A model generated the notes under the pieces. The model did no database searches and was not told where the DNA came from. It worked only from the letters and a program-made list of their open reading frames with translations. Shown here in pieces: positions 46,959 to 57,873 of a stretch of DNA of 64,000 nt. Each line of letters starts with the position of its first letter. Positions within the stretch are counted from its first letter, which is position 1. Source of the stretch: Caecitellus pseudoparvulus (taxonomy: Eukaryota; Protista; Bigyra: Bicosoecida); NCBI GenBank assembly GCA_965644315.1, contig CBFFRQ010000071.1, positions 1-64,000 on the forward strand. The letters run 5' to 3'. Position numbers and translations under genes: made by a program.

Positions 46959-47221
46959 CGCCCCTCCTGTGTCGGCAGCGGCGGCGGTGTGCGATGCGTT
47001 TCGCTTGGTTTCGGAGCGCAGCTACATCAGGCGACGTGACGGGGGGGGACTTGGCCAACCGCACACCAGCACAAGGCAAGGCACATCGACATGGCATACT
47101 CTTGGTCAGTGCCATGCCAGGGATGTCAATTGTGTCCGGCTCCGCTCGACCTGGGTGTCCTGAACCACGGCGTGAGCCAGGTTCGTCACATGGTGCATTG
47201 GCCTGTGCTTGGTGCCTGGCA

Positions 47222-49687
47222 TCAGATCAAGTGTTTCAGTGTTTCGAACTTTGCAGCTTCCTGCCGCACACTGTCGGGGATCCGGCGATCACCAGTCAGG
47301 CCCAGCAGCTCACGCACGATGTCTGTGTGGCCATACTCGCATGCCTCTCGGAAGGCGGCCTCACGTCCACCCCCATCCGCCGCGTGCACATCCACTGCCC
47401 GCGCCCCAGTCAGACCCAGCAGCTCACGCACGATGTCTGTGCGGCCATACACGCATGCCGCTCGGAAGGCGGCCTCAGGTCCACCCCTATCCCTTGCGTG
47501 CACATCCACTGCCCGCGCCCCAGTCAGGCCCAGCAGCTCACGCACGATGTCTGTGTGGCCATTGGCGCATGCCCATCGGAATGCGGCCTCAGGTCCACGC
47601 CCATTCGCCGCGTGAACATCCACTGCCCGCGCCCCAGTCAGGCCCAGCAGCTCACGCACGATGTCTGTGTGGCCATTGGCGCATGCCGATCGGAAGGCGG
47701 CCTCAGGGCCCTGTGCGTAAGGCGATGTGCTGATCTTAACCTCTTCCGCCGCGTGCACATCCACTGCCTCATCCCCCCTCAACGCAAGCAGCTCACGCAC
47801 CCTCGCAAGCTTGCCTTCCTTGCACGCATCCACAAAGGCAGCCGTGTTCTCATCACTGTAGCTCCCCACACCAACGCCCGCCTCTGACTGCACAGCCGAT
47901 GCTCCCCCCCCATCGACACCCTGCACTTCACCTGCATCAGCACCCGCCTGCTCCCCATCGACCACACTCCGCACAGCACTCTCCACACCTCCCAGACACC
48001 CCTCACCACCCCCACACGCCCCACACGCCACCGCATATGCACCCATGCACCTACCACTCCCGCCTCGCCCCAACACCTCCATCGCCCCCCACAATCCAAG
48101 CTCACCAACTTCACCGCTCCCCACGAAGCTTGACACATCACCCGATCCACCACCCTCCCCAACACCTCCCACACCAAGCACCTCACGCACCACACCCAAC
48201 ACTCCACCCTCACCACTGCTACTGCCACCACCACAGGCACCTGCACCCCACACACCCCCACATGCACTCAACACCACCTCACACCCACACCCATCCACCG
48301 CCCCCACCAGATCACCCACACTCCCACTCCCCACACCCACCACCACAAAGCTCCCCACACCCACACCCCCCACATCCACACCACACGCCTCCGCCACAGC
48401 ACATGCCCCCAGCACCCGCACAGCCACGCGCTGCTTCACACCCACACCAACATCGCCCCACGCTTCATCCTCCACGAACGTCCTCAACGGCCACCCCGCC
48501 TCACACTGCACCTGCACCGTCACCATGCTCCTCTGGCCGAGTGGCTCATCAGCTCGACCAGCTCCACAGATGTGCGCCACCGCTGCCCTGCGTGGAGTCT
48601 GCGCCATGCGCGGCAGGCCATGGGCGATGCGAGCCGCTTCGCCACGCACCACGGCGCCAACACTTGCAGTAAGCACCCTCGCACCCGCACCCACACTCCC
48701 TGCCCACTGATCCACATCCCCACCTCCACCCACATCCTCATCCACGATCTCAACCCGCCCACTGTACACACTCACACCCACGCCGTTCAGGCAGGACAAG
48801 CCACCCGACAAGTCCAGCCCACCCACACCCCTCACCTTCCGACCACTCATCACCGGCGCACTCCCCAACAGCCCACGCAGCTCCTCCACCGCACTCGCAG
48901 CACACTCCAGATGCTCCGCAGCACTCTCACTCCTCAGCTCGCCCGCCGCCTCGCCTCGCAGCCAACCAGCCTGCTGCCGTAGCCCAGCCAGAGCCGCATC
49001 CATCGCTGCCTCGCCACCAGCATCATGTGTGAGTGGGCTACTCTCACAAGCCACATCCACATCCGCCACCTCAAAGCCTTGCCACCATCGCGTCAGGTCA
49101 GCCAGCGCACCCTCCAACTTCACGCCGCCCCGCACACTGCCCCAAGCACCCACAATGGCGCCCCACACTGCGCCCCCCTCCGGCACTGCATCCACACTCA
49201 CACCGCTCGCCGCCTGGCACAGCACATCCACCGCGGCGAAGCACCGGAACGACAGGTACTGCAGCGCAGCACACACGTCATCCCGCTCACGCTGCCCCGC
49301 CAACGCCCCAGCCTGCTCCAACAGCGCACCCCCCGCATCACGCAGTGCGCCCTCCAGCTCCACCAGGCCCATGGCACATGGGGCGACGTCCTCTGCAGCA
49401 GGACTCTCGCCACGCCCAATGGCTGCCAGTCCTCGCACTGCTGGGCCGTGCTCCATGACGCTGCCCGGCAGGCACTGCATCTTGCGAAAGCATGCCGCCA
49501 CCACCTCAGCCTGCGTGCCATGGACGCCTGCAGTGGCTGCTGCACTGCCCTCCCTGCCTTGCCCTGACGCGGCTGCCTGTGGCGGTGGGGCGAGGGGCGG
49601 GGCGCTGTGTGCTGTGGTGTGTGGGCCATGTGCGCTGTCGCAAGCGCTGGCGATAGTCAGGCGCCATGTCCACACCGCCGCCCACAC
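47222..49687 (-). CDS. Ankyrin-repeat protein, copy 3 (N-cap + 4 repeats)
   Basis: Same architecture as copy 1; intact ORF. Confidence 0.9.
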   Translation of the reverse strand: MWAAVWTWRLTIASACDSAHGPHTTAHSAPPLAPPPQAAASGQGREGSAAATAGVHGTQAEVVAACFRKMQCLPGSVMEHGPAVRGLAAIGRGESPAAEDVAPCAMGLVELEGALRDAGGALLEQAGALAGQRERDDVCAALQYLSFRCFAAVDVLCQAASGVSVDAVPEGGAVWGAIVGAWGSVRGGVKLEGALADLTRWWQGFEVADVDVACESSPLTHDAGGEAAMDAALAGLRQQAGWLRGEAAGELRSESAAEHLECAASAVEELRGLLGSAPVMSGRKVRGVGGLDLSGGLSCLNGVGVSVYSGRVEIVDEDVGGGGDVDQWAGSVGAGARVLTASVGAVVRGEAARIAHGLPRMAQTPRRAAVAHICGAGRADEPLGQRSMVTVQVQCEAGWPLRTFVEDEAWGDVGVGVKQRVAVRVLGACAVAEACGVDVGGVGVGSFVVVGVGSGSVGDLVGAVDGCGCEVVLSACGGVWGAGACGGGSSSGEGGVLGVVREVLGVGGVGEGGGSGDVSSFVGSGEVGELGLWGAMEVLGRGGSGRCMGAYAVACGACGGGEGCLGGVESAVRSVVDGEQAGADAGEVQGVDGGGASAVQSEAGVGVGSYSDENTAAFVDACKEGKLARVRELLALRGDEAVDVHAAEEVKISTSPYAQGPEAAFRSACANGHTDIVRELLGLTGARAVDVHAANGRGPEAAFRWACANGHTDIVRELLGLTGARAVDVHARDRGGPEAAFRAACVYGRTDIVRELLGLTGARAVDVHAADGGGREAAFREACEYGHTDIVRELLGLTGDRRIPDSVRQEAAKFETLKHLI

Positions 49688-50994
49688 ACCATGGCGATGG
49701 ATGGCAGGGGGGTCTGCTCAAGCGCCTAGCCCTGTGCAGCGCGATCCTGCGGTGGGCAGGCAGTAGGCAGGTGTGCTGGCGTGGCGCGGGAGACGTTGTC
49801 GCGGTCGGCGTGGGGGGGCGCAACTTCCGCACTTGCACCGCCCCGTGCACGCTCACCTGTCGCGGCGGTGCTGCAGGTCAGGCCCCAGGAGCACGCATGT
49901 GGCGCAGGTCAAGCATCATGCAGGCGTGTGCGTGGTGGGTGGTGGGGGAGTGATGTGGGGCACCTGGGCTGTGTGTGTGTGTGGTCGGGACACCCCCCCC
50001 ACACCCCCCTCCAGCTTGCACCCCCCTGACGCAAGTGTCCACAGTCGCCGCCACCGCCATGCTCACCACGGCCATGCCCAGTGTGCTGCACACGAGCACG
50101 CAGTGCAACGGGCGTCATGGCGTGCGGGGTGGCAGGCGGCAGCTTCGGCCACCCTGCGGCGCGGTGGTGTGGGGCTGGTCTGGGCAGTCAGCGGCGGGGC
50201 GACAAGTTGCGCGACGACGCAGGTGTGGTGTGTGTCCGGCCGGCGGCGTGGTCGCCCCAGTCGGCCCGTGAGCCGGCTGGCGTGGGCAGCAGCAGCACAG
50301 GCGGCAGTGGGCGAGTGGGGGGGGCGGCACAGAGGACGGTGCAGGCGGCGGGGGTGGCGCCAGTGATGTGCATGGTGACGGGGCGGGCGGCGGGGGTGGC
50401 GCCAGTGATGTGCATGGTGACAGTGCAGGCGGCGGGGGTGGCGCCAGTGATGTGCATGGTGACGGGGCGGGCGGCGGGGGTGGCGCCAGTGATGTGCATG
50501 GTGACAGTGCAGGCGGCGGGGGTGGCGCCAGTGATGTGCATGGTGACGGGGCGGGCGGCCAGGGCAGTGGCATGGTGCTGGGCGGCGGCAGGGCGGTGTG
50601 GCAGGACGCACTCACGCCCACGCCCCGCACACGCCCCGCTGCACCACTGTGCCTGCGCCTTGGTGTGGCTGGCCGCCGTGGCCGCAGCACGTGGCTGTGC
50701 GGCAGCGGCCCCCGCCACTCTGCGGCATGGCGGCAGTGCTGGGGCACCCTGTGACGTGTAGCAAGGGCGGTCGCCCGAGGGTGGGTGTGTGGTGGGGGGT
50801 GTGCAGGTGGGTGCATTGGGAGGTGTCCAGACACGCGTGGGGAGTCATGGCCGGCGTCGTGGCGGGTGGCGCTGCCGTGCGGGTGCAGGGTGGACAGGGG
50901 GGTGAGTTGGAGGGCGGCAGGTGTGGCAGGGGTGTGTGTGCGGGTGGGGGTGGGGTGGCGGGGTGGCACTGGCGCCCGCTTGTGCGCCCCCCCC

Positions 50995-52169
50995 ACATGG
51001 GCCAAGCGCCTGGCACGGTCGCGCTGCCGGGCGCCCAGCGGCGCACCACACTGCCACGACTCGCCCCACCTGCATGACACGTGTCCGCATGCTGGGCTGT
51101 CCGGGGCGGCGCCAGGCGGGGTGGCGGCGTGTCGGCCAGGCGCCAAGCAAGCCCCACTGCGGAGCTTGCACCGCACAGCCACCAAGGCATCCGCCGTTGT
51201 GCAGCCTGCTGCGCTCTTGGCCGACTTCACGTGCGCGATGATGTATTGCCCAGCAGCACGCTCGCCGAGTGCCTCCGCGTCCAAGTCGCCGGTGCGCCGG
51301 AGTCGCGGCACAAGCGGCAGTGACTCCAGCTCGCTCAGTGCGGCCGCGAGCCTAGCCGGGTTCACCTGCTCTCTGTGCCCATCACACTCATCCCCGCCGG
51401 AGCCCTCCCCAGCCACCACACCTGCAACGTCGCTGTCAGTCACCCCCGCAATGCGCCGCGCCAGCTGCTCCGCTGTCGGCGTCCCATCCGCTCCCCGCAC
51501 CGCCGATGCGTAGGTGGCCAGAGCGCTGGCTGACGGCGACGCCCTAGCCCGCAGCATGCCCCGCATGGCGGACCGCAGGATGTGCTTGGGTACGCGTCGA
51601 GCCGCTGCAGAGCTCATCGCCGCCGCCCGCCCCACACGGGCCTGTCGTAGCTTGCGCGAGAGAGCGCTGCGCCGAGTGGTCCCAGCGACGGCGTCCTTGG
51701 GCTTGGTCAGACGATCCAGCACAAGCTCCCGGAGTGCACGGGGCTTCAGCGCCACAGAGGCCTCTGTGCCTGACGCGTGCAGAGCCTTCAACTCTGCCTC
51801 TGGCAGCGCGGCCTTGCCTTGCTTAGCACCGACCGCCGAGTCGGCAACGGGCAGCGGTCCAGTTTCCGCACCGCCCCCCTCGCCGCCCCCCTCCCCGCCC
51901 CGCGCCATGGCCACCTGGTCTGCCAGCCACTCCTCCCCATCCAGCCGCAGTAATATCTCTGCTCTAGAGGCCAATCCTGGCGACAGCTCCAGGGCTGACG
52001 CTGAGTGCCGAGCTGTATCGAAGGAGACGACGTTGGTGGCTCCTGCCGCAGCAGCCTCGGCCAGCAGGCCCTCCAGCTGTGCTCTGCGGGCAGACAGCAT
52101 GCTGAGGGGGGCAGGCGCACAGGCCAGGGTGTCGGGCCTGCCCTCCTGGCCTGACCGCTCCACCGCCAT
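50995..52169 (-). CDS. 5' partial copy of gene X (frame stays open into the spacer to 50115)
   Basis: As for the first partial copy; ATG at 52169; a different homopolymer length at ~50990 changes the downstream frame. Confidence 0.55.
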
Positions 52170-52431
52170 GGCCCCTCCTGTGTCGGCAGCGGCGGCGGTG
52201 TGCGATGCGTTTCGCTTCGTTTCGGAGCGCAGCCACATCAGGCGACGTGAGGGGGGGGACCTGGCCAACCGCACACCAGCACAAGGCAAGGCACATCGAC
52301 ATGGCATACTCTTGGTCAGTGCCATGCCAGGGATGTCAATTGTGTCCGGCTCCGCTTGAACTGTGTGTCCTGAGCCACGGCGTGAGCAAGGTTCGTCAAA
52401 TGGTGCATTGGCCTGTACTTGGTGCCGGGCA

Positions 52432-54792
52432 TCAGATCAAGTGTTTCAAGGTTTCGAACCTAGCGGCTCGCTGTCGCATACTGTCGGGGATCCTGCGATC
52501 ACCCGTCAGGCCCAGCAGCTCACGCACGATGTCTATGTGGCCATTCTCGCATGCCCATCGGAAGGCGGCCTCAGATCCAATCATATCAGCTGCGTGCACA
52601 TCCACTTCCCGCGCCCCGCTCAGGCTCAGCAGCTCACGCACGATGTCTGTGTGGCCCCAGTGGCATGCCAATCGGAAGGCGGCCTCAGGTCCAAGCCTAT
52701 CCGCCGCATGCACATCCACTGCCCGCGCCCCAGTCAGGCCCAGCAGCTCACGCACGATGTCTGTGTGGCCATACACGCATGCCCATCGAAAGGCGGCCTC
52801 AGGGCCCTGGCTGTAAAGCCCCGGAATGACCTTAACCGCTCCCGCCGCGTGCACATTCACTGCCTCATCCCCCCTCAACGCAAGCAACTCGCGCACCCTC
52901 GCAAGCTTCCCTTCCTTGCACGCCTCCACAAAGGCAGCCGTGTTCTCATCACTGCACCTACCCACACCAACGCCCGTCTCTGACTGCACAGCCGATGCTC
53001 CCCCCCCATCGACACCCTGCACTTCACCACCACCAGCAGCCGCCTGCTCCCCATCAACCACACTCCGCACAGCACTCTCCACACCTTCCAGACACCCAAC
53101 ACCACCCCCACATGCACCACACGCCATCGCATATGCACCCATGCACCTACCACTCCCGCCTCGCCCCAACTCCTCCATCGCCCTCCACAGTCCATGCTCA
53201 CCACCTTCACCGCTCCCCACGAAGCTTGACACATCACCCGATACACCACCCTCACCAACACCTCCCGCACCAAGCACCTCACACAGCACACCCGACACAC
53301 CGCCACCCTCCCCACCACCACTGCTACTGCCACCACCACAGGCACCTGCACCCCACACACCCCCACATGCACTCAACACCACCTCACACCCACACCCATC
53401 CACCGCCCCCACCAGATCACCCACACTCCCACTCCCCACACCCACCACCACAAAGCTCCCCACACCCACACCGCTCACATCCACCCCACACGCCTCCGCC
53501 ACAGCACATGCCCCCAGCACCCGCACAGCCACGCGCTGCCTCACACCCACCCCAACATCGCCCCACGCTTCATCCTCCAGGAACGCCCTCAGCGGCCACC
53601 CCGCCTCACACTGCACCTGCACTGTGACACTGCTCCTCTCGCCCATCGGCTCATCAGCTCGACCAGCTCCACAAATGTGCGCCACCGCTGCCCTGCGTGG
53701 AGTCTGCGCCATGCGCGGCAGGCCATGGGCGATGCGAGCCGCTTCCCCACGCACCACGGCGCCAACACTCGCGGCAAGCGCCCTCGCACCCGCACCCACA
53801 CTCCCTGCCCACTGATCCACATCCCCACCTCCACCCACATCCTCATCCACGATCTCAACCCGCCCACTGTACACACTCACACCCACGCCGTTCAGGCACG
53901 ACAAGCCACCCGACAAGTCCAACCCACACACACCCCTCACCTTCCGACCACTCATCACCGGCGCACTCCCCAACACACCACGCAGCTCCTCCACCGCACT
54001 CGCAGCACACTCCAGATGCTCCGCAGCACTCTCACTCCTCAGATCGCCTGCGGCCTCGCCTCGCAGCCAACCAGCCTGCTGCCGTAGCCCAGCCAGAGCC
54101 GCATCCACCGCTGCCTCGCCACCAGCATCATGTGTGAGTGGGCTACTCTCACAAGCCACATCCACATCCGCCACCTCAAAGCCTTGCCACCATCGCGTCA
54201 GGTCAGCCAGCGCACCCTCCAACTTCACGCCGCTCCGCACACTGCCCCAAGCACCCACAATGGCGCCCCACAGCGCGCCCCCCTCCGGCACTGCATCCAC
54301 ACTCACACCGCTCGCCGCCTGGCACAGCACATCCACCGCGGCGAAGCACCGGAACGACAGGTACTGCAGCGCAGCACACACGTCATCCCGCTCACGCTGC
54401 CCCGCCAACGCCCCAGCCTGCTCCAACAGCGCACCCCCCGCATCACGCAGTGCGCCCTCCAGCTCCACCAGGCCCATGGCACATGGGGCGACGTCCTCTG
54501 CAGCAGGCGTCTCGCCACGCCCAATGGCTGCCAGTCCTCGCACTGCTGGGCCGTGCTCCATGACGCTGCCCGGCAGGCACTGCATCTTGCGCAAGCATGC
54601 CGCCGTCACCTCAGCCTGCGTGCCATGGACACCTGCAGTGGCTGCTGCACTGCCTTCCCTGCCTTGCCCTGACGCGGCTGCCTGTGGCGGTGGGGCGAGG
54701 GGCGGGGCGCTGTGTCCTGTGGTGTGTGCGCCATGTGCGCTGTCGCAAGTGCTGGCGATAGTCAGGTGCCATGTCCACACCGCCACCCACAC
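52432..54792 (-). CDS. Ankyrin-repeat protein, copy 4 (N-cap + 3 repeats)
   Basis: Same architecture as copy 1; intact ORF; the upstream spacer is interrupted by the retroelement. Confidence 0.9.
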   Translation of the reverse strand: MWVAVWTWHLTIASTCDSAHGAHTTGHSAPPLAPPPQAAASGQGREGSAAATAGVHGTQAEVTAACLRKMQCLPGSVMEHGPAVRGLAAIGRGETPAAEDVAPCAMGLVELEGALRDAGGALLEQAGALAGQRERDDVCAALQYLSFRCFAAVDVLCQAASGVSVDAVPEGGALWGAIVGAWGSVRSGVKLEGALADLTRWWQGFEVADVDVACESSPLTHDAGGEAAVDAALAGLRQQAGWLRGEAAGDLRSESAAEHLECAASAVEELRGVLGSAPVMSGRKVRGVCGLDLSGGLSCLNGVGVSVYSGRVEIVDEDVGGGGDVDQWAGSVGAGARALAASVGAVVRGEAARIAHGLPRMAQTPRRAAVAHICGAGRADEPMGERSSVTVQVQCEAGWPLRAFLEDEAWGDVGVGVRQRVAVRVLGACAVAEACGVDVSGVGVGSFVVVGVGSGSVGDLVGAVDGCGCEVVLSACGGVWGAGACGGGSSSGGGEGGGVSGVLCEVLGAGGVGEGGVSGDVSSFVGSGEGGEHGLWRAMEELGRGGSGRCMGAYAMACGACGGGVGCLEGVESAVRSVVDGEQAAAGGGEVQGVDGGGASAVQSETGVGVGRCSDENTAAFVEACKEGKLARVRELLALRGDEAVNVHAAGAVKVIPGLYSQGPEAAFRWACVYGHTDIVRELLGLTGARAVDVHAADRLGPEAAFRLACHWGHTDIVRELLSLSGAREVDVHAADMIGSEAAFRWACENGHIDIVRELLGLTGDRRIPDSMRQRAARFETLKHLI

Positions 54793-55608
54793 ACCATGGC
54801 GATGGATGGCAGGGGGGTCTGCTCAAGCGCCTAGCCCTGTGCAGCGCGATCCTGCGGTGGGCAGGCAGTAGGCAGGTGTGCTGGCGTGGCGCGGGAGGTG
54901 TTGTCGCGGTCGGCGTGGGGGGGCGCAACTTCCGCACTTGCACCGCCCCGTGCACGCTCACCTGTCGCGGCGGTAGTGCAGGTCAGGCCCCAGGAGCACG
55001 CATGTGGCGCAGGTCAAGCATCATGCAGGCGTGTGCGTGGTGGGTGGTGGGGGAGAAATGTGAGGCACCTGGGCTGTGTGGGGGGGTGGTCGGGACACCC
55101 CCCCCCCACACCCCCCTCCAGCTTGCACCCCCCTGACGCAAGTGTCCACAGTCACCGCCACCGCCATGCTCACCACGGCCATGCCCAGTGTGCTGCACAC
55201 GAGCACGCAGTGCAACGGGCGTCATGGCGTGCGGGGTGGCAGGCGGCAGCTTCGGCCACCCTGCGACGCGGTGGTGTGGGGCTGGTCTGGGCAGTCAGCG
55301 GCGGGGCGACAAGTTGCCTGACGACAAAGGTGTGGTGTGGGTCCGGCCGGCGGCGTGGTCGCCCCAGTCGGCCCGTGAGCCGGATGGCGTGGGCAGCAGC
55401 AGCACAGGCGGCAGTGGGCGAGTGAGTGGGAGGGGCGGCACAGAGGACGGTGCGGGCGGCGGGGGTGGCGCCAGTGATGTGCATGGTGACGGGGCGGGCG
55501 GCAGGGGTGGCGCCAGTGATGTGCATGGTGACGGTGCAGGCGGCGACGGCAGTGGCATGGTGCTGGGCGGCGGCAGGGCGGTGTGGCAGGACGCACTCAT
55601 GCCCACGC

Positions 55609-55784
55609 CCGAGGTTGCCGGCACCCCAGCCGGCAACCATGTTTCCCGGCAGGAGGGGCGGCGGGCAGTCCCACGCTAGTGGCACAATTGTCCCCCGCCG
55701 CCCCAACGCAGAGTAGACGACGGCAGGACCGGGCATGACAAAACCAGTCATTAGCCGGCCTCGTCACTCTCTTTCCTTTTTTTT
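55609..55784 (+). repeat. Split direct repeat A1
   Basis: Identical to 61091-61266 up to the T-tract. Confidence 0.95.
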
Positions 55785-55788
55785 CGAG

Positions 55789-57870
55789 ATGGCATCGGAT
55801 GATCCAGCTTCCAGCGACACGGAGGGCGGAAGCTGGGAGGACATCCACGACAAAATGATGTCTGTCAACTCCGCCAAGCAAGCCAAGGCGCTCATAACGG
55901 AGCAGGAGTTCGAGTACTGGCTGAAGTGGGCGGATTCTGAGGATTTTGGTAAGATGGAGGCCGCTTGGCGCCTCCGGGAGGTGCCCGAGGGATTCCGGGC
56001 AGATCGCATGCGATCCCTCATTGCGGGCAGAGCTTTCCGCCTCCCCGCTGACGGTGCCCCTCATCGCGCAGGCGGCTCACCACGGGGGCACGGCACGAAG
56101 CGAACCCGTCCGCGCGGTGCGAGCAGTGGCACGCCCTACGGCCCGCACCTACCCCCGCGCCCGACCCAGCCGGACGCAGTCGCAGGCGACCTCCCGCAAG
56201 ATCCCGCCACAGTGCTTACGTGGTTCCTGCAGAGGGGAGCGACGGTGCCGAGCGAGGACGTCGCCGTGCAGCTGCAGTTCTACGTGGGCTTGGCAACGGA
56301 GGAGACATCGCCGTACGCCCTCTCCGCTTGGCCTCCACGGCGCTTCGCCGCATGGTGCAGACTCAACGGTATTCCCCCCGACCTCACCCCCGACGACATC
56401 GTGATGCATTTGCAGCGGGTCCTGGAGGCCGCGCTGGCGGGCGACGACGACTTTGGCGACGACGATGCCGGCGCCCCGTTCTTTCCCGTTTTCCCGGGCA
56501 CCACACCGGATGCCGCCCGGTTACAGCCCCGTGCGGCGGCCCCGGGTCACCCCCGGCCTCCAAGAGGCACAGGGCGGCCTATAGCCCGCAGCCCCCCTCC
56601 CCCGTGGGGCGGCGGAGCCTCGCCGGCAGTCCACCCCGAAGGCGGGTCGGCTGTTTTCGGTCACATGGGGGAGAACAGCGGTCGGTCGTCGCCAGCCGAC
56701 GAGGTACTGGTCACTGTAGGCGCGCTGCGGGTCATTGGGCCGACCGCACACCCCTCGTCGGCGGTGGCCCGGGACCGCCTGTCAGCCTTGGGGGCAGTTT
56801 TCGCTGCGGGGACCACAGACGCCTTGACCACGGTGGCTGTCGAGATGGCTGAGGCTGCTGCACGAGAGGTGCCCGCAGCAACGGGCCCAGTGCCGTCAGG
56901 TACGTTCCTGTCCCGCCAGCTCCCCCCCCACTCGCCCCGCGTGCCCGCTCCCGGCGACCCGTCCTGGCTCACAGCCCCCGGCGATGAGGTAGCCCCGCCG
57001 TCCGCGTCGGTCATGATGGACGACGCTATGGACGTAGTGACTGCTGTACGCCTGGTGCAAGGGAGGGTGGAAGTTACAGTTGACCCAACCCATCTAGTGG
57101 CAGTAACTGGGGCGGGTGCCCTGTCGGCATGCCACATGCTGGGCAACCGTGGGGGCGCTTGGTGGCTTGCTGCGATGACCAGGGACTTGCTGACGGCGCC
57201 TTCCGACGACCTCCACCGCTCCCTCCGAGCGTTCTGGTGGAAGTGGGCGTCCGAGGTGCCCGCCCTGGCAGACCAGCGGGGCCTGTGCCGAGCCATGGCG
57301 TGCGCACTCCTGATCACAATCGCAGTGCGGGCCGTGGCGCAGACCGCCGCTGCGTTGCCCGAAGGCCAGCGCAGGCGATGGGCCCAGCTGACGTGGGCCT
57401 CCTGGGTGGCCACGTTCCGCACTAACGCCACCATTGTCATGATGGCGTCGGCGACGGGGCAAGCACTGGTGGCCAGCTCGCTGGCGCGCGAGGCATGGGC
57501 GGCCGGGGCCGCCGCCACACCGATGCCAGGTGCGGGGGGCGGCCCGGCGCAAACCCCCGCTCGTGGCCCTCCCGCGGGGCTGTACCGGCAGGACGACCCG
57601 AGCACATTCGTGTGGTGCCCCGGGTGCGTCGGATCCGACCGGCGGCGCCGGTCGCTGGCATCCTGCCCACGCCTGGCCCAGCATGTGGCCCACCTGCGCC
57701 GGACCCACACAGTCGGAGGTAAGCCCGCAGAACTTACCCAGGCGCAGGCAGTGGCCATGCTGGTGCGCCAGTGGGAGCGGAAGGTGGCATCCAAGGGACG
57801 TGACTTCCAGCGGCGCATGCAGCCCCGCGCTGTCACCACGGCCATGGTGGAGGCAGCTCTCAGCCTCTAG
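55789..57870 (+). CDS. Retroelement ORF1 (gag-like) with a C-terminal CxxC...HxxH putative zinc finger
   Basis: First ORF after A1 (ATG 55789 directly after the T-tract); WCPGC...QHVAHLRRTH. The gag assignment is positional. Confidence 0.75.
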   Translation: MASDDPASSDTEGGSWEDIHDKMMSVNSAKQAKALITEQEFEYWLKWADSEDFGKMEAAWRLREVPEGFRADRMRSLIAGRAFRLPADGAPHRAGGSPRGHGTKRTRPRGASSGTPYGPHLPPRPTQPDAVAGDLPQDPATVLTWFLQRGATVPSEDVAVQLQFYVGLATEETSPYALSAWPPRRFAAWCRLNGIPPDLTPDDIVMHLQRVLEAALAGDDDFGDDDAGAPFFPVFPGTTPDAARLQPRAAAPGHPRPPRGTGRPIARSPPPPWGGGASPAVHPEGGSAVFGHMGENSGRSSPADEVLVTVGALRVIGPTAHPSSAVARDRLSALGAVFAAGTTDALTTVAVEMAEAAAREVPAATGPVPSGTFLSRQLPPHSPRVPAPGDPSWLTAPGDEVAPPSASVMMDDAMDVVTAVRLVQGRVEVTVDPTHLVAVTGAGALSACHMLGNRGGAWWLAAMTRDLLTAPSDDLHRSLRAFWWKWASEVPALADQRGLCRAMACALLITIAVRAVAQTAAALPEGQRRRWAQLTWASWVATFRTNATIVMMASATGQALVASSLAREAWAAGAAATPMPGAGGGPAQTPARGPPAGLYRQDDPSTFVWCPGCVGSDRRRRSLASCPRLAQHVAHLRRTHTVGGKPAELTQAQAVAMLVRQWERKVASKGRDFQRRMQPRAVTTAMVEAALSL

Positions 57871-57873
57871 GAG

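Noticed and set aside
55611-55784. Hammerhead or HDV-like ribozyme in repeat A
   Set aside because: No CUGANGA/GAAA core or HDV double-pseudoknot pattern could be fitted by eye; only generic stems are reported.
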